The notes below the pieces were generated by a model. The model was not told the DNA's origin. It ran no database searches and saw nothing but the letters and a program-made list of their open reading frames with translations. DNA of 64,000 bases, taken from assembly GCA_024708885.1 (NCBI GenBank), contig JANJXT010000046.1, forward strand, positions 28,436 to 92,435, read 5' to 3'. Below are positions 23,062 to 34,730 of this stretch, in pieces (the stretch's first letter is position 1; every line of letters begins with the position of its first letter). Position numbers and translations under genes: made by a program. This DNA comes from Thiobacillus sp. (GTDB lineage Bacteria > Pseudomonadota > Gammaproteobacteria > Burkholderiales > Thiobacillaceae).

Positions 23062-24488
23062 AACTCAGCTTTCTTGGCGCCGCACGCGAAGTGACCGGGT
23101 CCTGTTTTTTGGTGGAAACCGGACAGGTACGATTCCTCGTCGACTGCGGCATGATCCAGGGCGGGCGCGAGGCGCCCGCGCGCAACCGCAAGCCGTTCGC
23201 CTTCGATCCGCAATCGATCGATTTCGTGCTGCTCACCCATGCGCACATCGACCACAGCGGACTGTTGCCCAAACTCACCCGCGCGGGCTACAAGGGGCCG
23301 ATTCTCGCCACCACCGCAACCGCCGATCTGTTGCAGGTGATGCTGCCCGACAGCGCGCACATCCAGGAAAGCGAAGCGCGTCGCGACGGTCGTCGCGTAC
23401 GGGCCGCACGCGGACGGAACACCGAACCCGAGCCGCTCTATACCCTGCAGGACGCGCAGGAGTGTCTGCGCCAAGTGTGGGCAGTGCCCTATGACGAAGA
23501 ACTGGTGCCGCGTGCCGGCGTGCGCTGCCGCTTTCGCGATGCGGGCCACATCCTCGGCTCGGCCATCATCGAGGTCTGGGTGAGCGAAGCGTCCGGCACC
23601 ACCAAGCTTGTGTTCAGCGGCGATCTCGGCCATCCGGGCCGCCCCATCCTGCGCGATCCGACACCTGTGCGGGACGCGGACATCCTCGTCATCGAATCGA
23701 CCTATGGCGATCGTGCGCACAAGGACCACTCCGCGAGCCAGACCGAACTCATCGACATCGTCGAGCGCACGCTGTACCGACAGCGTGGCAACCTCATCAT
23801 TCCGGCTTTTGCCGTCGGCCGCACGCAGGAAATCATCTACCACCTGCATCGCCTCACGCGCGAAGGCCGCCTGCGCGGGTTGAGGGTGTTCGTCGACTCG
23901 CCGATGGCCACCGAGGCCACACGTATCACCCGCCAGCACGTGGAACTGTTCGACGACGCGGCGAGAAACCTCGCGGCATGGCACGCACGCGGCCGTGACC
24001 TGCCTTACCTGCATTTCACTGAAAGCGTGGAGGAGTCGATGGCACTGAACAAGGTGCGCGCGGGGGCGATCATCGTCTCGGCCAGCGGCATGTGCGACGC
24101 CGGCCGCATCAGGCACCACCTGAGACACAATCTGCCACGCCGCGAATCCAGCGTGCTCATCGCCGGATTCCAGGCACAGGGCACGCTCGGGCGGCGCCTG
24201 GTCGATGGCGCCAAGCGGGTGCGCATGTTCGGCGAGGACATCCCGGTACGCGCGGGCATCCATACCGTCGGCGGCCTGTCTGCGCACGCCGACCAGCCTG
24301 CCCTGCTGGCGTGGGCGGCGGGGTTTCAGCAAGCACCACGGCAGACTTTCGTGGTGCACGGTGAAGCCCGCGCGGCGGAAGGACTCGCCGGCAGGCTTGG
24401 CGCGATGCCCGGCTGGAACGTGACGGTTCCCGTGCCCGGCATGACCGTGCAGTGGCCCGAGAATACAGAGGTGCTGGACCATGCCTGA
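23058..24488 (+). CDS. MBL-fold beta-CASP ribonuclease
   Basis: GAAREVTGS, THAHIDHSG, AGHILGS, SGDLG, ESTYG, SAHAD, VHGE. Confidence 0.93.
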   Translation: MKLSFLGAAREVTGSCFLVETGQVRFLVDCGMIQGGREAPARNRKPFAFDPQSIDFVLLTHAHIDHSGLLPKLTRAGYKGPILATTATADLLQVMLPDSAHIQESEARRDGRRVRAARGRNTEPEPLYTLQDAQECLRQVWAVPYDEELVPRAGVRCRFRDAGHILGSAIIEVWVSEASGTTKLVFSGDLGHPGRPILRDPTPVRDADILVIESTYGDRAHKDHSASQTELIDIVERTLYRQRGNLIIPAFAVGRTQEIIYHLHRLTREGRLRGLRVFVDSPMATEATRITRQHVELFDDAARNLAAWHARGRDLPYLHFTESVEESMALNKVRAGAIIVSASGMCDAGRIRHHLRHNLPRRESSVLIAGFQAQGTLGRRLVDGAKRVRMFGEDIPVRAGIHTVGGLSAHADQPALLAWAAGFQQAPRQTFVVHGEARAAEGLAGRLGAMPGWNVTVPVPGMTVQWPENTEVLDHA

Positions 24489-25287
24489 GCCGAAAGACCT
24501 GGAAGCGCTGGACCGGGCGATCCTGGACAGTCCCGCCTACCGCATGGCACACGAGGATATCGATTTCCTCGCACTGGAAGACCTGCGTCCCGTGCGTTTG
24601 CAGCTCGAACTCCTCAAGCCGGAGCACGTGCTGCGTGAGGAGGGTATCGGCTCCACCATCGTCGTTTTCGGCAGTGCACGTATCGCCGCGCCAGAGACCG
24701 GACCAGAAACACCAGCCGACCCACGCACACGCGACCACGCACGCTACTATGAAGAGGCGCGGCGCTTTGCCCATGGAGTCTCGAAGCGCTTCCAGCAGCA
24801 GGACCGACGCGATTTCGTCGTCGTCACCGGCGGCGGCCCGGGCATCATGGAAGCGGCCAATCGCGGTGCGTTCGAAGCTGGCGCGCGCTCGATCGGCCTC
24901 AACATCACCCTGCCGCACGAGCAGGCGCCCAATCCCTATATCAGCCCGGAACTCGCGTTCCGTTTCCGTTATTTCGCCCTGCGCAAGATGCACTTCTTGC
25001 TGCGGGCGCGTGCACTGGTGTCGTTTCCGGGCGGTTTCGGCACCCTCGACGAATTGTTCGAGGTGCTCACCCTGGTGCAGACCGGCAAGATGGCGCGCAT
25101 TCCCATCGTGCTGGTCGGCACGGCATTCTGGAACCGCGTCGTCGACTTCGACTACCTGCTCGAAGAAGGTTTCATCAGCGCGTCAGATCTGCAACTTTTT
25201 GTTTGCGTCGACACGGCAGAAGAAATCATCGCGGTGCTGGAAACGTTTTATGGCGGGCAGCCGCCGCACGAGGCTGCAAGCGGCTAA
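24481..25287 (+). CDS. LOG family (TIGR00730-like) nucleotide phosphoribohydrolase
   Basis: VFGSAR, TGGGPGIMEAANRGA, PGGFGTLDE. Confidence 0.9.
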   Translation: MPEPKDLEALDRAILDSPAYRMAHEDIDFLALEDLRPVRLQLELLKPEHVLREEGIGSTIVVFGSARIAAPETGPETPADPRTRDHARYYEEARRFAHGVSKRFQQQDRRDFVVVTGGGPGIMEAANRGAFEAGARSIGLNITLPHEQAPNPYISPELAFRFRYFALRKMHFLLRARALVSFPGGFGTLDELFEVLTLVQTGKMARIPIVLVGTAFWNRVVDFDYLLEEGFISASDLQLFVCVDTAEEIIAVLETFYGGQPPHEAASG

Positions 25288-26642
25288 TGAACCTTCGTCT
25301 GCTGCTGCGCCTGCCGCTACTGGTGCTGTTGTCTGCCGGCTGCGCGCACTATCCGCCGAATGCGCCACTCACCCGCCACGCACCGGAGCAGGGCTACCGT
25401 TTTGCCAATCTCGCCAGCCCGCCGGGTGCGGACGACATCCTTCTCATCCTCACTTTTTCCGGCGGCGGAACACGTGCGGCGGCACTCGCCTACGGCGTTC
25501 TGGAAGAGCTCGCCACCACGACCTGGCAACGCGACGGCAGGACCCTGCGCCTGCTCGACGAGGTCGACATCATTTCCTCGGTATCCGGCGGCAGCTTCGC
25601 CGCCGCGTACTATGCCCTGCATGGCGATCGCATGTTCAGCGACTTCGAGGCGGTTTTTCTCAAACGTGACGTGCAGGGCGACATCACGCGCAAGATGATC
25701 GTCCCCTACAATATCGCGCGCGCCTCCTCGCCCAAGTTCGGGCGCATCGACCTGGTGGCCGAATATTTCGACGAGGAGATTTATGGCGGGAGCACCTATG
25801 GCGATCTGGTGCGGCGCGGCACGCGCCCCTTCGTCATGTTGAACGCCAGCGACATGTCGCTCGGCACGCGCTTCGAATTCACCCAGGATCAGTTCGACCT
25901 GCTCTGTTCCGACCTGTCGGCCTTCCCCGTCGCGCGCGCCGTCGCCGCGTCGAGTGCCGTGCCGATCCTGTTCAGCCCGATGACGCTGAAAAACTACAGT
26001 GGTCAGTGCGGGTTTGTAGGCCCCGAGCTGCCGGGCAGTTGGACAGCGACCACACGGCAGACCTACAAGGCCGCCGAGATGCGTTCCTATCTGGACGCGA
26101 CAGCACGGCCTTACATCCATCTGCTCGATGGCGGCCTCACCGACAATCTAGGCCTGCGCGGCATGCTCGACCGCGTCGCCGCGCGCGACGACCCGCACGA
26201 GCTGACCCGCGCGCTGCGCCTCGGCCGTTTCGAGAAGGCGGTGCTCGTCATCGTCAACGCCGAGACCAGCCCCGATCTGGCCCTGGATCGACGGGAGGAA
26301 GTGCCGACCATTGTGCAGGTGTTCCGCGCCATCAAGGACATCCCGATCAACCGTTATTCCTTCGAAACGATCGAACTGTTCAGGACCAATCTGGAGAACT
26401 GGTCGCGGCAACTGCGCGAACAGGGCGCCGGCGACATGGATGCAGGCTTTGAGTTCTATCTGGTCGAGGTGACCTTCGATGCGATCCCGGATGCCGCCGA
26501 GCGCGACGCTTTTCGCGCGATTCCCACTACGCTTGCATTGCCGGCCGAAGCGGTCGATCGCCTGCGCGCGCTCGGTCGTCGTCTGATGCAGGCGTCGGAG
26601 GGCTATCAAAGGCTGCTGCGTGATCTGGCGCACGGACCATGA
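25287..26642 (+). CDS. Patatin-like phospholipase, lipoprotein
   Basis: Lipobox LSAGC, SGGGTRAA oxyanion motif, SVSGGS nucleophile, DGG. Confidence 0.88.
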   Translation: MNLRLLLRLPLLVLLSAGCAHYPPNAPLTRHAPEQGYRFANLASPPGADDILLILTFSGGGTRAAALAYGVLEELATTTWQRDGRTLRLLDEVDIISSVSGGSFAAAYYALHGDRMFSDFEAVFLKRDVQGDITRKMIVPYNIARASSPKFGRIDLVAEYFDEEIYGGSTYGDLVRRGTRPFVMLNASDMSLGTRFEFTQDQFDLLCSDLSAFPVARAVAASSAVPILFSPMTLKNYSGQCGFVGPELPGSWTATTRQTYKAAEMRSYLDATARPYIHLLDGGLTDNLGLRGMLDRVAARDDPHELTRALRLGRFEKAVLVIVNAETSPDLALDRREEVPTIVQVFRAIKDIPINRYSFETIELFRTNLENWSRQLREQGAGDMDAGFEFYLVEVTFDAIPDAAERDAFRAIPTTLALPAEAVDRLRALGRRLMQASEGYQRLLRDLAHGP

Positions 26643-26729
26643 AACGGACCGTCGCAACGCGGAGCATGGTGGACGGCGCGCGGGCGACCTGGTAACAAGC
26701 TCTTGGACAGGCAAGGAGACAGACAGGCA

Positions 26730-27347
26730 ATGGCTGAACACAGACAACGACTCTCGGCGGAAGCGCGGCAGGAGGAAATCATCCGCGCTGCCGTCGATCT
26801 CGCCGGCGAGCAGGGCGTGGACGGCGTGACGACGCAGGACATGGCGAAGGCGGTGGGTATCACGCAGGGCGCGATCTTTCGCCACTTCCCCACCAAGGAC
26901 ATGATCTGGCTCGGTGTGATCCACTGGGTGCGTGGGCGGCTGATGGGCGTGCTGGACATGGCGGCCGCGCGGGGAAGCGACCCACTCGATGCGCTGGAAA
27001 AAATGTTCTTCGCGCACCTGGGCTTTGTCGAAAAAGTGCCCGCCATCCCCAAGCTCATCTTCACCAATCAGTTGCTGAAGAACAACCCGCGCATCCGCGA
27101 GCTGGTCCGCAGTATTCTTACCGATTACGAAGACAAGGTCAGCGGTCTCATCGTCCAGGCCAGGGCGCAGAATCTCGTGCGCCCCGATCTCGATGCCGCG
27201 GCCGCGGCGGTGATGTTTACCGGCATGATCCAGGGCCTGGTGATCCGGGTACCGATCATCGAGGCACGCAAATCCCTGGTGGAGGAGGGGCGCCTGGTTT
27301 TCCCGATTTTTCTTCACGGCATCGGCGCTGTGCGCACGCCAGCCTGA
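26730..27347 (+). CDS. TetR/AcrR family transcriptional regulator
   Basis: RQEEIIRAAVDL...TTQDMAKAVGITQGAIFRHFPTKD HTH; AAGGAG upstream. Confidence 0.92.
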   Translation: MAEHRQRLSAEARQEEIIRAAVDLAGEQGVDGVTTQDMAKAVGITQGAIFRHFPTKDMIWLGVIHWVRGRLMGVLDMAAARGSDPLDALEKMFFAHLGFVEKVPAIPKLIFTNQLLKNNPRIRELVRSILTDYEDKVSGLIVQARAQNLVRPDLDAAAAAVMFTGMIQGLVIRVPIIEARKSLVEEGRLVFPIFLHGIGAVRTPA

Positions 27348-27431
27348 AGTGCGCCAGCGATCACGGATCGCCACCGTGGCGCCGTTTCGGGTCGCCGTGA
27401 CGGCAGTGACGTATTGGTCAGTCAAAGGAAT

Positions 27432-27508
<77 letters not shown>

Positions 27509-27576
27509 AGGCAGATGGCGGGACCGGATGGCCGGTCCTCATTTGAAACTACCGGGAAACTGCTTGATCTTCGTGG

Positions 27577-28545
27577 TCAGAAACTTCGGTCGACCGCGAA
27601 AGCCGATAATTGTAGCAAAGCTGTCTTGTATTTTGAATCGGGCAGAAGAGAAATTGCTGCATTGGCGGTTTCGACTTCGCGCTGTGCCTGTTCGCGGGTG
27701 TATTGCAGCGCGTGCGTATCGCGGATCGCGGTGAGCACGTTCTGGAACTCGGTCAGCCCGCTATGTTCGATGGCGTGGCGGATGCTCGCCGTCTGGTCGG
27801 GCGTACCGTGTTTCATCGCGTAGAGGAGTGGCAGGGTGGGCTTGCCTTCGGCGAGGTCGTCGCCAAGGTTCTTACCGGTCTCGGCGGCTTCGCCGGAGTA
27901 GTCGAGTACGTCGTCGATCAACTGGAACGCGGTGCCGAGGTGCATGCCGTAGCGCGCCAGCGCGTCCTTCTGCTGCTCGCTGCCGCCGCCGATGACGGCG
28001 CCCAGCCGGCCCGCGGCCTCGAACAGCTTGGCGGTCTTGTAGCGGATGACGCGCAGGTAGTTGTCCTCGTCGATGTCCGGGTCGTGGCAGTTGAGCAGCT
28101 GCAGCACTTCGCCCTCGGCGATGGTGTTGGTGGCGTCCGACAGGATGCGCATCACTTCCATGTTGTCGACCGACACCATCATCTGGAACGCACGGGAGTA
28201 CAGGAAATCGCCTACGAGAACGCTGGCGGCATTGCCGAACAAAGCGTTGGCGGTCTCGTGGCCGCGACGCAGGTCGGATTCGTCGACGACGTCGTCGTGC
28301 AGCAGGGTGGCGGTGTGGATGAATTCGACCACCGCCGCGAGTTCGTGGTGCGCCTCGCCGCGATAATCGAAGCAGCCGGCGGAAAGCAGCACCAGCGCGG
28401 GGCGCAGGCGCTTGCCGCCGCTGTTGATGATGTATTCGGACACCTGGCGGATCAGCACGACGTCGGAATACAGGCGCTCGCGAATGACGTGGTCGACGGC
28501 GCGCATGTCGTCGGCCAGGAAGGATTGCAGGGTCTTCAGGGACAC
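27577..28545 (-). CDS. ispB: Octaprenyl-diphosphate synthase
   Basis: GGKRLRP, HDDVVD..RRG, FQLIDDVLDY, GKNLGDDLAEGKPTLP; divergent from rplU. Confidence 0.95.
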   Translation of the reverse strand: MSLKTLQSFLADDMRAVDHVIRERLYSDVVLIRQVSEYIINSGGKRLRPALVLLSAGCFDYRGEAHHELAAVVEFIHTATLLHDDVVDESDLRRGHETANALFGNAASVLVGDFLYSRAFQMMVSVDNMEVMRILSDATNTIAEGEVLQLLNCHDPDIDEDNYLRVIRYKTAKLFEAAGRLGAVIGGGSEQQKDALARYGMHLGTAFQLIDDVLDYSGEAAETGKNLGDDLAEGKPTLPLLYAMKHGTPDQTASIRHAIEHSGLTEFQNVLTAIRDTHALQYTREQAQREVETANAAISLLPDSKYKTALLQLSAFAVDRSF

Positions 28546-28739
28546 GATACGGGGCTTGTAAGGGCAGGGATCCAGGAAAATCTGCCAATGGTATCAGCCC
28601 GTCCGGGGTTTTTCACCGATGCGTGGCAGATAATCCCGGGATGATCCTGTGCGGACAGGTCTGAAGCCGGTTTGACTCTGTGCAAATTCGCCGTTAGAAT
28701 CTTGCGTTTTCCCGGGTTCGAATTGGTTGGAGACCCCCC

Positions 28740-29051
28740 ATGTACGCAGTGATCAAGACCGGCGGCAAGCAGTATCGCGTGAGCGCCGGCGACAAACTGA
28801 AGATTGAAAAGCTCGATGCCGAGGTCGGCAGCGAAATCACCTTTGACCAGGTGCTGATGGTGGGCGATGGCACCGACATCAAGATGGGCGCGCCCCTGCT
28901 GCGCGGCGCCATGGTCAAGGCCACGGTGCTGAACCAGGCACGCGGCGACAAGATCCACATTTTCAAAATGCGCCGCCGCAAGCACTATCGCAAGAGCCAG
29001 GGGCATCGCCAGTATTTCACCGAAGTGCAGATCGCCGGCATTTCCGCATAA
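28740..29051 (+). CDS. rplU: 50S ribosomal protein L21
   Basis: [30 protein letters not shown]. Confidence 0.99.
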   Translation: MYAVIKTGGKQYRVSAGDKLKIEKLDAEVGSEITFDQVLMVGDGTDIKMGAPLLRGAMVKATVLNQARGDKIHIFKMRRRKHYRKSQGHRQYFTEVQIAGISA

Positions 29052-29063
29052 GGAGCACACACC

Positions 29064-29327
29064 ATGGCACACAAGAAAGCAGGCGGCAGCTCGCGCAACG
29101 GCCGCGATTCAGAAGCGAAACGCCTCGGCGTGAAGCGTTTTGGCGGCCAGCTGGTGGCAGCGGGCAACATCATCGTGCGTCAGCGCGGCACTCAGTTCCA
29201 TCCCGGCGACAACGTCGGCATCGGCAAGGATCACACCCTGTTCGCCCTGACCGATGGCACCGTCAAGTTCGAGATCAAGGGCGCAGCCCGCCGCAAGACG
29301 GTCCGCATCGAGCCGGTCGCGGCCTGA
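29064..29327 (+). CDS. rpmA: 50S ribosomal protein L27
   Basis: [24 protein letters not shown]. Confidence 0.99.
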   Translation: MAHKKAGGSSRNGRDSEAKRLGVKRFGGQLVAAGNIIVRQRGTQFHPGDNVGIGKDHTLFALTDGTVKFEIKGAARRKTVRIEPVAA

Positions 29328-29344
29328 ATCGCCCCGCTCACGCG

Positions 29345-29375
29345 AAAAGCCCCGTCCGCCGGATGGGGCTTTTTC
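29345..29375 (+). terminator. Intrinsic terminator-like hairpin between rpmA and obgE
   Basis: AAAAGCCCCGTCCG-C-CGGATGGGGCTTTTT. Confidence 0.75.
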
Positions 29376-29380
29376 GTTGA

Positions 29381-30463
<1,083 letters not shown>

Positions 30464-30489
30464 AGCTGTGGCGACCCGCTGTTTGGACT

Positions 30490-30509
30490 GTAGGCCGGAC
30501 TTCAGTCGG
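30490..30509 (+). repeat. Degenerate GTAG-type REP element
   Basis: GTAGGCCGGACTTCAGTCGG between convergent obgE and panC; related copy at 45972-45992. Confidence 0.45.
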
Positions 30510-30543
30510 GGTTGAAACAGACTCTGGCTCGGTTGCTGGCGCG

Positions 30544-31383
30544 CTACGTCGGCAGGCTGATTTCGATGTTGTCGATCAGCCGCGTCGTGCCGAGCGTGGC
30601 GGCGCCCAGCACGACGAGGCGGACGCTGCCGGCCCGGGCGGTGGCGAGGGTCTCGGCATCGCGCACGGCAACGTAGTCGACGCGCCAGCCGGCCATCTTC
30701 AGATGGCGTGCGGCGGTTGCGGCAAGCGTATCGAAGCCGCGCTCGCCGCGTTCGATGGCGCTCCCCACATCCGCGAGGGCACGATGGAGCTGGGTGGCCT
30801 GGATGCGTTCGGCGGGGGAGAGATAACCGTTGCGCGAACTCATCGCCAGGCCGTCGGCCTCGCGCAGCGTGTCGCCGGCGAGGATGTCGATCGGCAGGTT
30901 GAACTGCCGCACCAGTTCCCGAATCACGTGAAGCTGCTGGAAATCCTTCTTGCCGAACACGGCGATGCGCGGCTGGATCAGGTTGAAAAGTTTCAGCACC
31001 ACGGTCGCCACACCGTTGAAATGGCCGGGGCGGAACGCGCCGCACAGGTCGTTTGCCATGGCCGGGGGTACGGCGACCGTGTAGGTCTGTGGCACCGGAT
31101 ACATTTCGGTGACGTCGGGAGCGAATACGAGATCACATCCGGCGGCGGCAAGCCTGGCGCAATCGGCGTCCAGCGTGCGTGGGTAGCGTTCGAAGTCCTC
31201 GCCCGCGCCGAACTGCAGCGGATTGACGAAAAGGCTTGCGACCACGGGCGCGCCGTGCCGTTTCGCCAGTTCGACCAGCGAGACGTGGCCGGCGTGCAGG
31301 TTGCCCATGGTCGGCACGCATGCGGTGCGCTGCGCGTCGGCAAGCGCGGTGCGCAGTGCGGCAGCCGTGCGGACGATCTGCAT
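30544..31383 (-). CDS. panC: Pantoate--beta-alanine ligase
   Basis: VPTMGNLHAGH, FVNPLQF, RPGHF, GKKDFQQ, GLAMSSRN, RLIDN. Confidence 0.97.
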   Translation of the reverse strand: MQIVRTAAALRTALADAQRTACVPTMGNLHAGHVSLVELAKRHGAPVVASLFVNPLQFGAGEDFERYPRTLDADCARLAAAGCDLVFAPDVTEMYPVPQTYTVAVPPAMANDLCGAFRPGHFNGVATVVLKLFNLIQPRIAVFGKKDFQQLHVIRELVRQFNLPIDILAGDTLREADGLAMSSRNGYLSPAERIQATQLHRALADVGSAIERGERGFDTLAATAARHLKMAGWRVDYVAVRDAETLATARAGSVRLVVLGAATLGTTRLIDNIEISLPT

Positions 31384-32174
31384 CAGAAACCGTGCTCGGC
31401 CGCCGGAAAGCTGCCGTCCTTCACTGCGCTGACGTAGTCGCGCACGGCCGCCTCGATGCCGTCGGCGCCGGCAAGAAAATCCTTCGAGAATTTCGGTGCG
31501 CGCGGGACCAGGCCCAGTATGTCGTACAGCACCAGCACCTGGCCGGAGCACCCGGCCCCCGCCCCGATGCCGATGGTGGGTATCGTCAGCGTATCGGTAA
31601 CGGTTTTCGCCAGCGCGGCAGGCACCATTTCCAGCACGAGCAGACCCGCGCCGGCCGTTTCCAGCGCACGCGCGTCGGCAAGGAGCTGCGTTGCGCCGGC
31701 GTCATCGCGGCCCTGCACGCGATAGCCGCCGAGCTGGTTGACCGATTGCGGCAACAGCCCCAGATGCGCGCACACGGGGATGCCGCGTTGCGTGAGGAAG
31801 GCGACCGTGTCGACCATCGCTGCGCCGCCTTCGAGCTTGACCATGTGCGCACCCGCTGCCATCAGCTTGGCGGCTGCGGCGAACGCGTGCTCGGGGGAGG
31901 GCTGGTAGCTGCCGAACGGCAGGTCGGCGACGATGAAGGGACGCTCGCAGCCCGCTGCGACGCAGCGCGTGTGATAGACCATCTCTTCAAGCTTCACCGG
32001 CAGCGTCGAGGCATGGCCCTGCACCACCATGCCGAGCGAGTCGCCGACCAGCAGCACGTCGACGCCGGCAGCGTCGAGCGCACGTGCGAAACTGGCATCG
32101 TAACAGGTCAGTACGGCGATCTTCTGGCCTTGTGCGTGCAGCGTGCGGAGGGTCGACAGCGTGATGCGCATCAT
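31383..32174 (-). CDS. panB: 3-methyl-2-oxobutanoate hydroxymethyltransferase
   Basis: [29 protein letters not shown]. Confidence 0.97.
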   Translation of the reverse strand: MMRITLSTLRTLHAQGQKIAVLTCYDASFARALDAAGVDVLLVGDSLGMVVQGHASTLPVKLEEMVYHTRCVAAGCERPFIVADLPFGSYQPSPEHAFAAAAKLMAAGAHMVKLEGGAAMVDTVAFLTQRGIPVCAHLGLLPQSVNQLGGYRVQGRDDAGATQLLADARALETAGAGLLVLEMVPAALAKTVTDTLTIPTIGIGAGAGCSGQVLVLYDILGLVPRAPKFSKDFLAGADGIEAAVRDYVSAVKDGSFPAAEHGF

Positions 32175-32812
32175 ACGGCTCGACTGAAGAATTCGCGTGG
32201 ACCGCGCATCTTGCCGATGCGCTCGATCAGCAGGTCGAAATCGGTTTCGTCGTGGGCGAAATCGAGATTGGCGGTGTTGATGATCAGCAGCGGCGCCGCT
32301 TCGTAGCGGTGGAAGAAGGCGCTGTAGCTGCTGGCCAGGCGTTGCAGGTAATTCGCATCCATGTTGCGCTCGTACTCGATGCCGCGGCGGCGCACACGTT
32401 CCTGCAGGGCTTCGGGGGGCGCCTGCAGGTAGATTACCAGATCCGGTACCGGGGCTTGCGGTGCGAGGTCGGCGTACACTTTTTGATACAGCTCGAATTC
32501 GTCGTCATCGAGGTTGAGCCGGGCGAACAGCATGTCCTTGTCGATGAGGAAATCCGACACCGTGCCGGAGCGAAACAGGTCGCCCTGCGCCAGTTCGCGC
32601 AGTTGGCGGGTGCGGTCGAACAGAAAGTGCAGCTGCGTCGCCAGCGCATAGCGGCGCGGCTCCTGGTAGAAGCGTGGCAGGAAGGGGTTGTCGTCCGCGG
32701 CTTCCAGCAGGGTGTCGGCACCCAGGTGCTCGGCCAGCCTGCGGGTGAGACTGGTCTTGCCGGCGCCGATCGGGCCTTCGACGACGATGTAGCGATGACG
32801 TGCGGGACTCAT
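32171..32812 (-). CDS. Deoxynucleoside kinase family protein
   Basis: [29 protein letters not shown]. Confidence 0.92.
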   Translation of the reverse strand: MSPARHRYIVVEGPIGAGKTSLTRRLAEHLGADTLLEAADDNPFLPRFYQEPRRYALATQLHFLFDRTRQLRELAQGDLFRSGTVSDFLIDKDMLFARLNLDDDEFELYQKVYADLAPQAPVPDLVIYLQAPPEALQERVRRRGIEYERNMDANYLQRLASSYSAFFHRYEAAPLLIINTANLDFAHDETDFDLLIERIGKMRGPREFFSRAV

Positions 32813-33315
32813 GCGGTGGCTGCGGCGGCGGGCAAGTGAACGGGTGCCACGCTTTGTCCGGCACAGGCCGCGAGCCAGTCGGCGGCGCGGCCGCGGCCGG
32901 GAATCAAGGTGCCGGGGGCGATCTCCAGCAAGGGGCACAGGACGAAGCCACGCTCGTGCATGCGCGGGTGCGGCAGTTCCAGGCCGTCCTCGTGGAAGCG
33001 CGCGCTGCCGTACAGCAGCAGGTCGAGGTCGAGGGTGCGCGGCGCGTTGCGGAAGCTGCGCTCGCGGCCGTGGCGGTGCTCGATCTCGAGCAGCGCGGCG
33101 AGCAGTGCGCGCGGTGCGAGCTCCGTCTCCACCTGCGCCACGGCATTGATGAAATCGGGCTGGTCGACATAGCCGACCGGGGCCGATGCATAGAGGCGTG
33201 AGCGGGCGACGAGGCGGGTTGCCGGCAGGCGGTCGAGCTCGGCCAGCGCGTATTCCACCTGTCCGGCCGGGTCGTTGAGGTTGGCACCCAGCCCGATGGT
33301 CGCGACGATCTTCAT
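32809..33315 (-). CDS. folK: 2-amino-4-hydroxy-6-hydroxymethyldihydropteridine diphosphokinase
   Basis: GLGANL, QPDFINAV, PRTLDLDLL, PHPRMHERGFVL. Confidence 0.96.
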   Translation of the reverse strand: MKIVATIGLGANLNDPAGQVEYALAELDRLPATRLVARSRLYASAPVGYVDQPDFINAVAQVETELAPRALLAALLEIEHRHGRERSFRNAPRTLDLDLLLYGSARFHEDGLELPHPRMHERGFVLCPLLEIAPGTLIPGRGRAADWLAACAGQSVAPVHLPAAAATA

Positions 33316-34670
33316 GCCGGCAGTGCTTCGGCGCTGCCTTCGCCCGGTTTCCTGCGCTTGCGGCGGCGGCGCGGCTTGGGTGAACTGTCGGCGATCAGCA
33401 TGCTTGCGCGCTCGTCTTCGTCAGCGTCCTGGAAGCGCGTCCACCACTCACCGAGTTCGGCCGGCACCTCGCCGGCTTCGGCGCGCAGCAGCATGAAGTC
33501 GTAGGCGGCGCGGAAACGCGGGTGCTCCAGCAGGCGGTATGGGCGCTGGCCGCCGCGCTGCTCGAAGCGCGGCTGCAAGGCCCAGATTTCCTTCATCATG
33601 CCGTCGTAACGACGCGGGATGGCGAGTTGCCCGCGCTGCGCGTCGAGGATCTCGTCCATGGCGATGAACAGCGCCGGCTGCGGCTTCTCGCCACTGGCCT
33701 CGAGTTCGTGCCAGCGTTTCTGCACTTGCGGCCACAACAGCGCGCCGAACAGGAAGGCCGGCGAGGAGGGGCGGTCGGACTGGATGCGCGCGTCGGTATT
33801 CTTCAACGCCGCGGTGATGAAGCGCTCGCCCGAAGGATCGTCGAGAATGGTGTCCAGCAGCGGCAGCATGCCGTGATGCAGGCCCTCCGCACGCAATTGG
33901 TGTACGCCGCGCAGGGCGTGACCCGACAACAGCAGTTTCAGCGCTTCGTCAAAGATGCGCGCACGCGGAATGTTGGCGAGCAGCGGGGCGAGGCTGGCCA
34001 CCGGCCGGCGCGTCGCCTCGTCGATGTGAAAGTCGAGCTTGGCGGCCAGGCGTGCGGCGCGCAGCATGCGCACCGGATCCTCGCGGTAGCGTGTTTCGGG
34101 GGTGCCGATCATGCGCAGCGTATGTGCCTTGCAGTCGGTGACGCCACCGAAATAGTCGTGCACTTCCTCGCGCGCCGGGTCGTAGTAGAGCGCGTTGATG
34201 GTGAAGTCGCGCCGCGCGGCGTCGTCTTCCATGCTTCCGAATACGTTGTCGGACAGCAGGCGGCCATGCTCGTCGGTGGGGCGATCGTCTTCGTCTTCCG
34301 CTTCCTTCTCGCCGTTGGCGCGGAAGGTGGTGACCTCGATGGTGACGCGGCCGCACATCACGTGAACGATCTGGAAACGGCGGCCGATGATGCGCGAACG
34401 TCGGAACAGCTTGCGTACCTGCTCCGGTGTGGCGTCGGTGGCGACGTCGAAATCCTTGGGCGTCTTGCCCAGCAGCAGGTCACGCACCGCGCCGCCCACG
34501 ACGTAGCCCTTGAAGCCGGCCTGCGTCAGCGTCTCGCAGGTTTTCAGCGCGCAATCGTCCAGTTGATCGCGGCGGATGCCGTGCGCGGACACGGGCAGGA
34601 TCTGCACTCCGGATCGGGTGGGGCGCGACGTTTTGCGGCCGAATACTTTGTCGATGATGCGGCGAATCAT
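33312..34670 (-). CDS. pcnB: Poly(A) polymerase I
   Basis: VGGAVRDLLLG..PKDFDVATDA, IIGRRFQIVHV, RRDFTINAL, FRAAYDF. Confidence 0.96.
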   Translation of the reverse strand: MIRRIIDKVFGRKTSRPTRSGVQILPVSAHGIRRDQLDDCALKTCETLTQAGFKGYVVGGAVRDLLLGKTPKDFDVATDATPEQVRKLFRRSRIIGRRFQIVHVMCGRVTIEVTTFRANGEKEAEDEDDRPTDEHGRLLSDNVFGSMEDDAARRDFTINALYYDPAREEVHDYFGGVTDCKAHTLRMIGTPETRYREDPVRMLRAARLAAKLDFHIDEATRRPVASLAPLLANIPRARIFDEALKLLLSGHALRGVHQLRAEGLHHGMLPLLDTILDDPSGERFITAALKNTDARIQSDRPSSPAFLFGALLWPQVQKRWHELEASGEKPQPALFIAMDEILDAQRGQLAIPRRYDGMMKEIWALQPRFEQRGGQRPYRLLEHPRFRAAYDFMLLRAEAGEVPAELGEWWTRFQDADEDERASMLIADSSPKPRRRRKRRKPGEGSAEALPA

Positions 34671-34730
34671 GAGGTGCGCGAGGGCGGGTGGTGCGGGACA
34701 GAATGCAATTATCCTAGAAAAAGCAGTTGA

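Noticed and set aside
23058-26642. CBASS/Thoeris-like defence system (nuclease + LOG/SLOG + patatin)
   Set aside because: No cyclase, TIR or SIR2 gene; the patatin has a lipoprotein signal, and the LOG and beta-CASP proteins look like ordinary metabolic types
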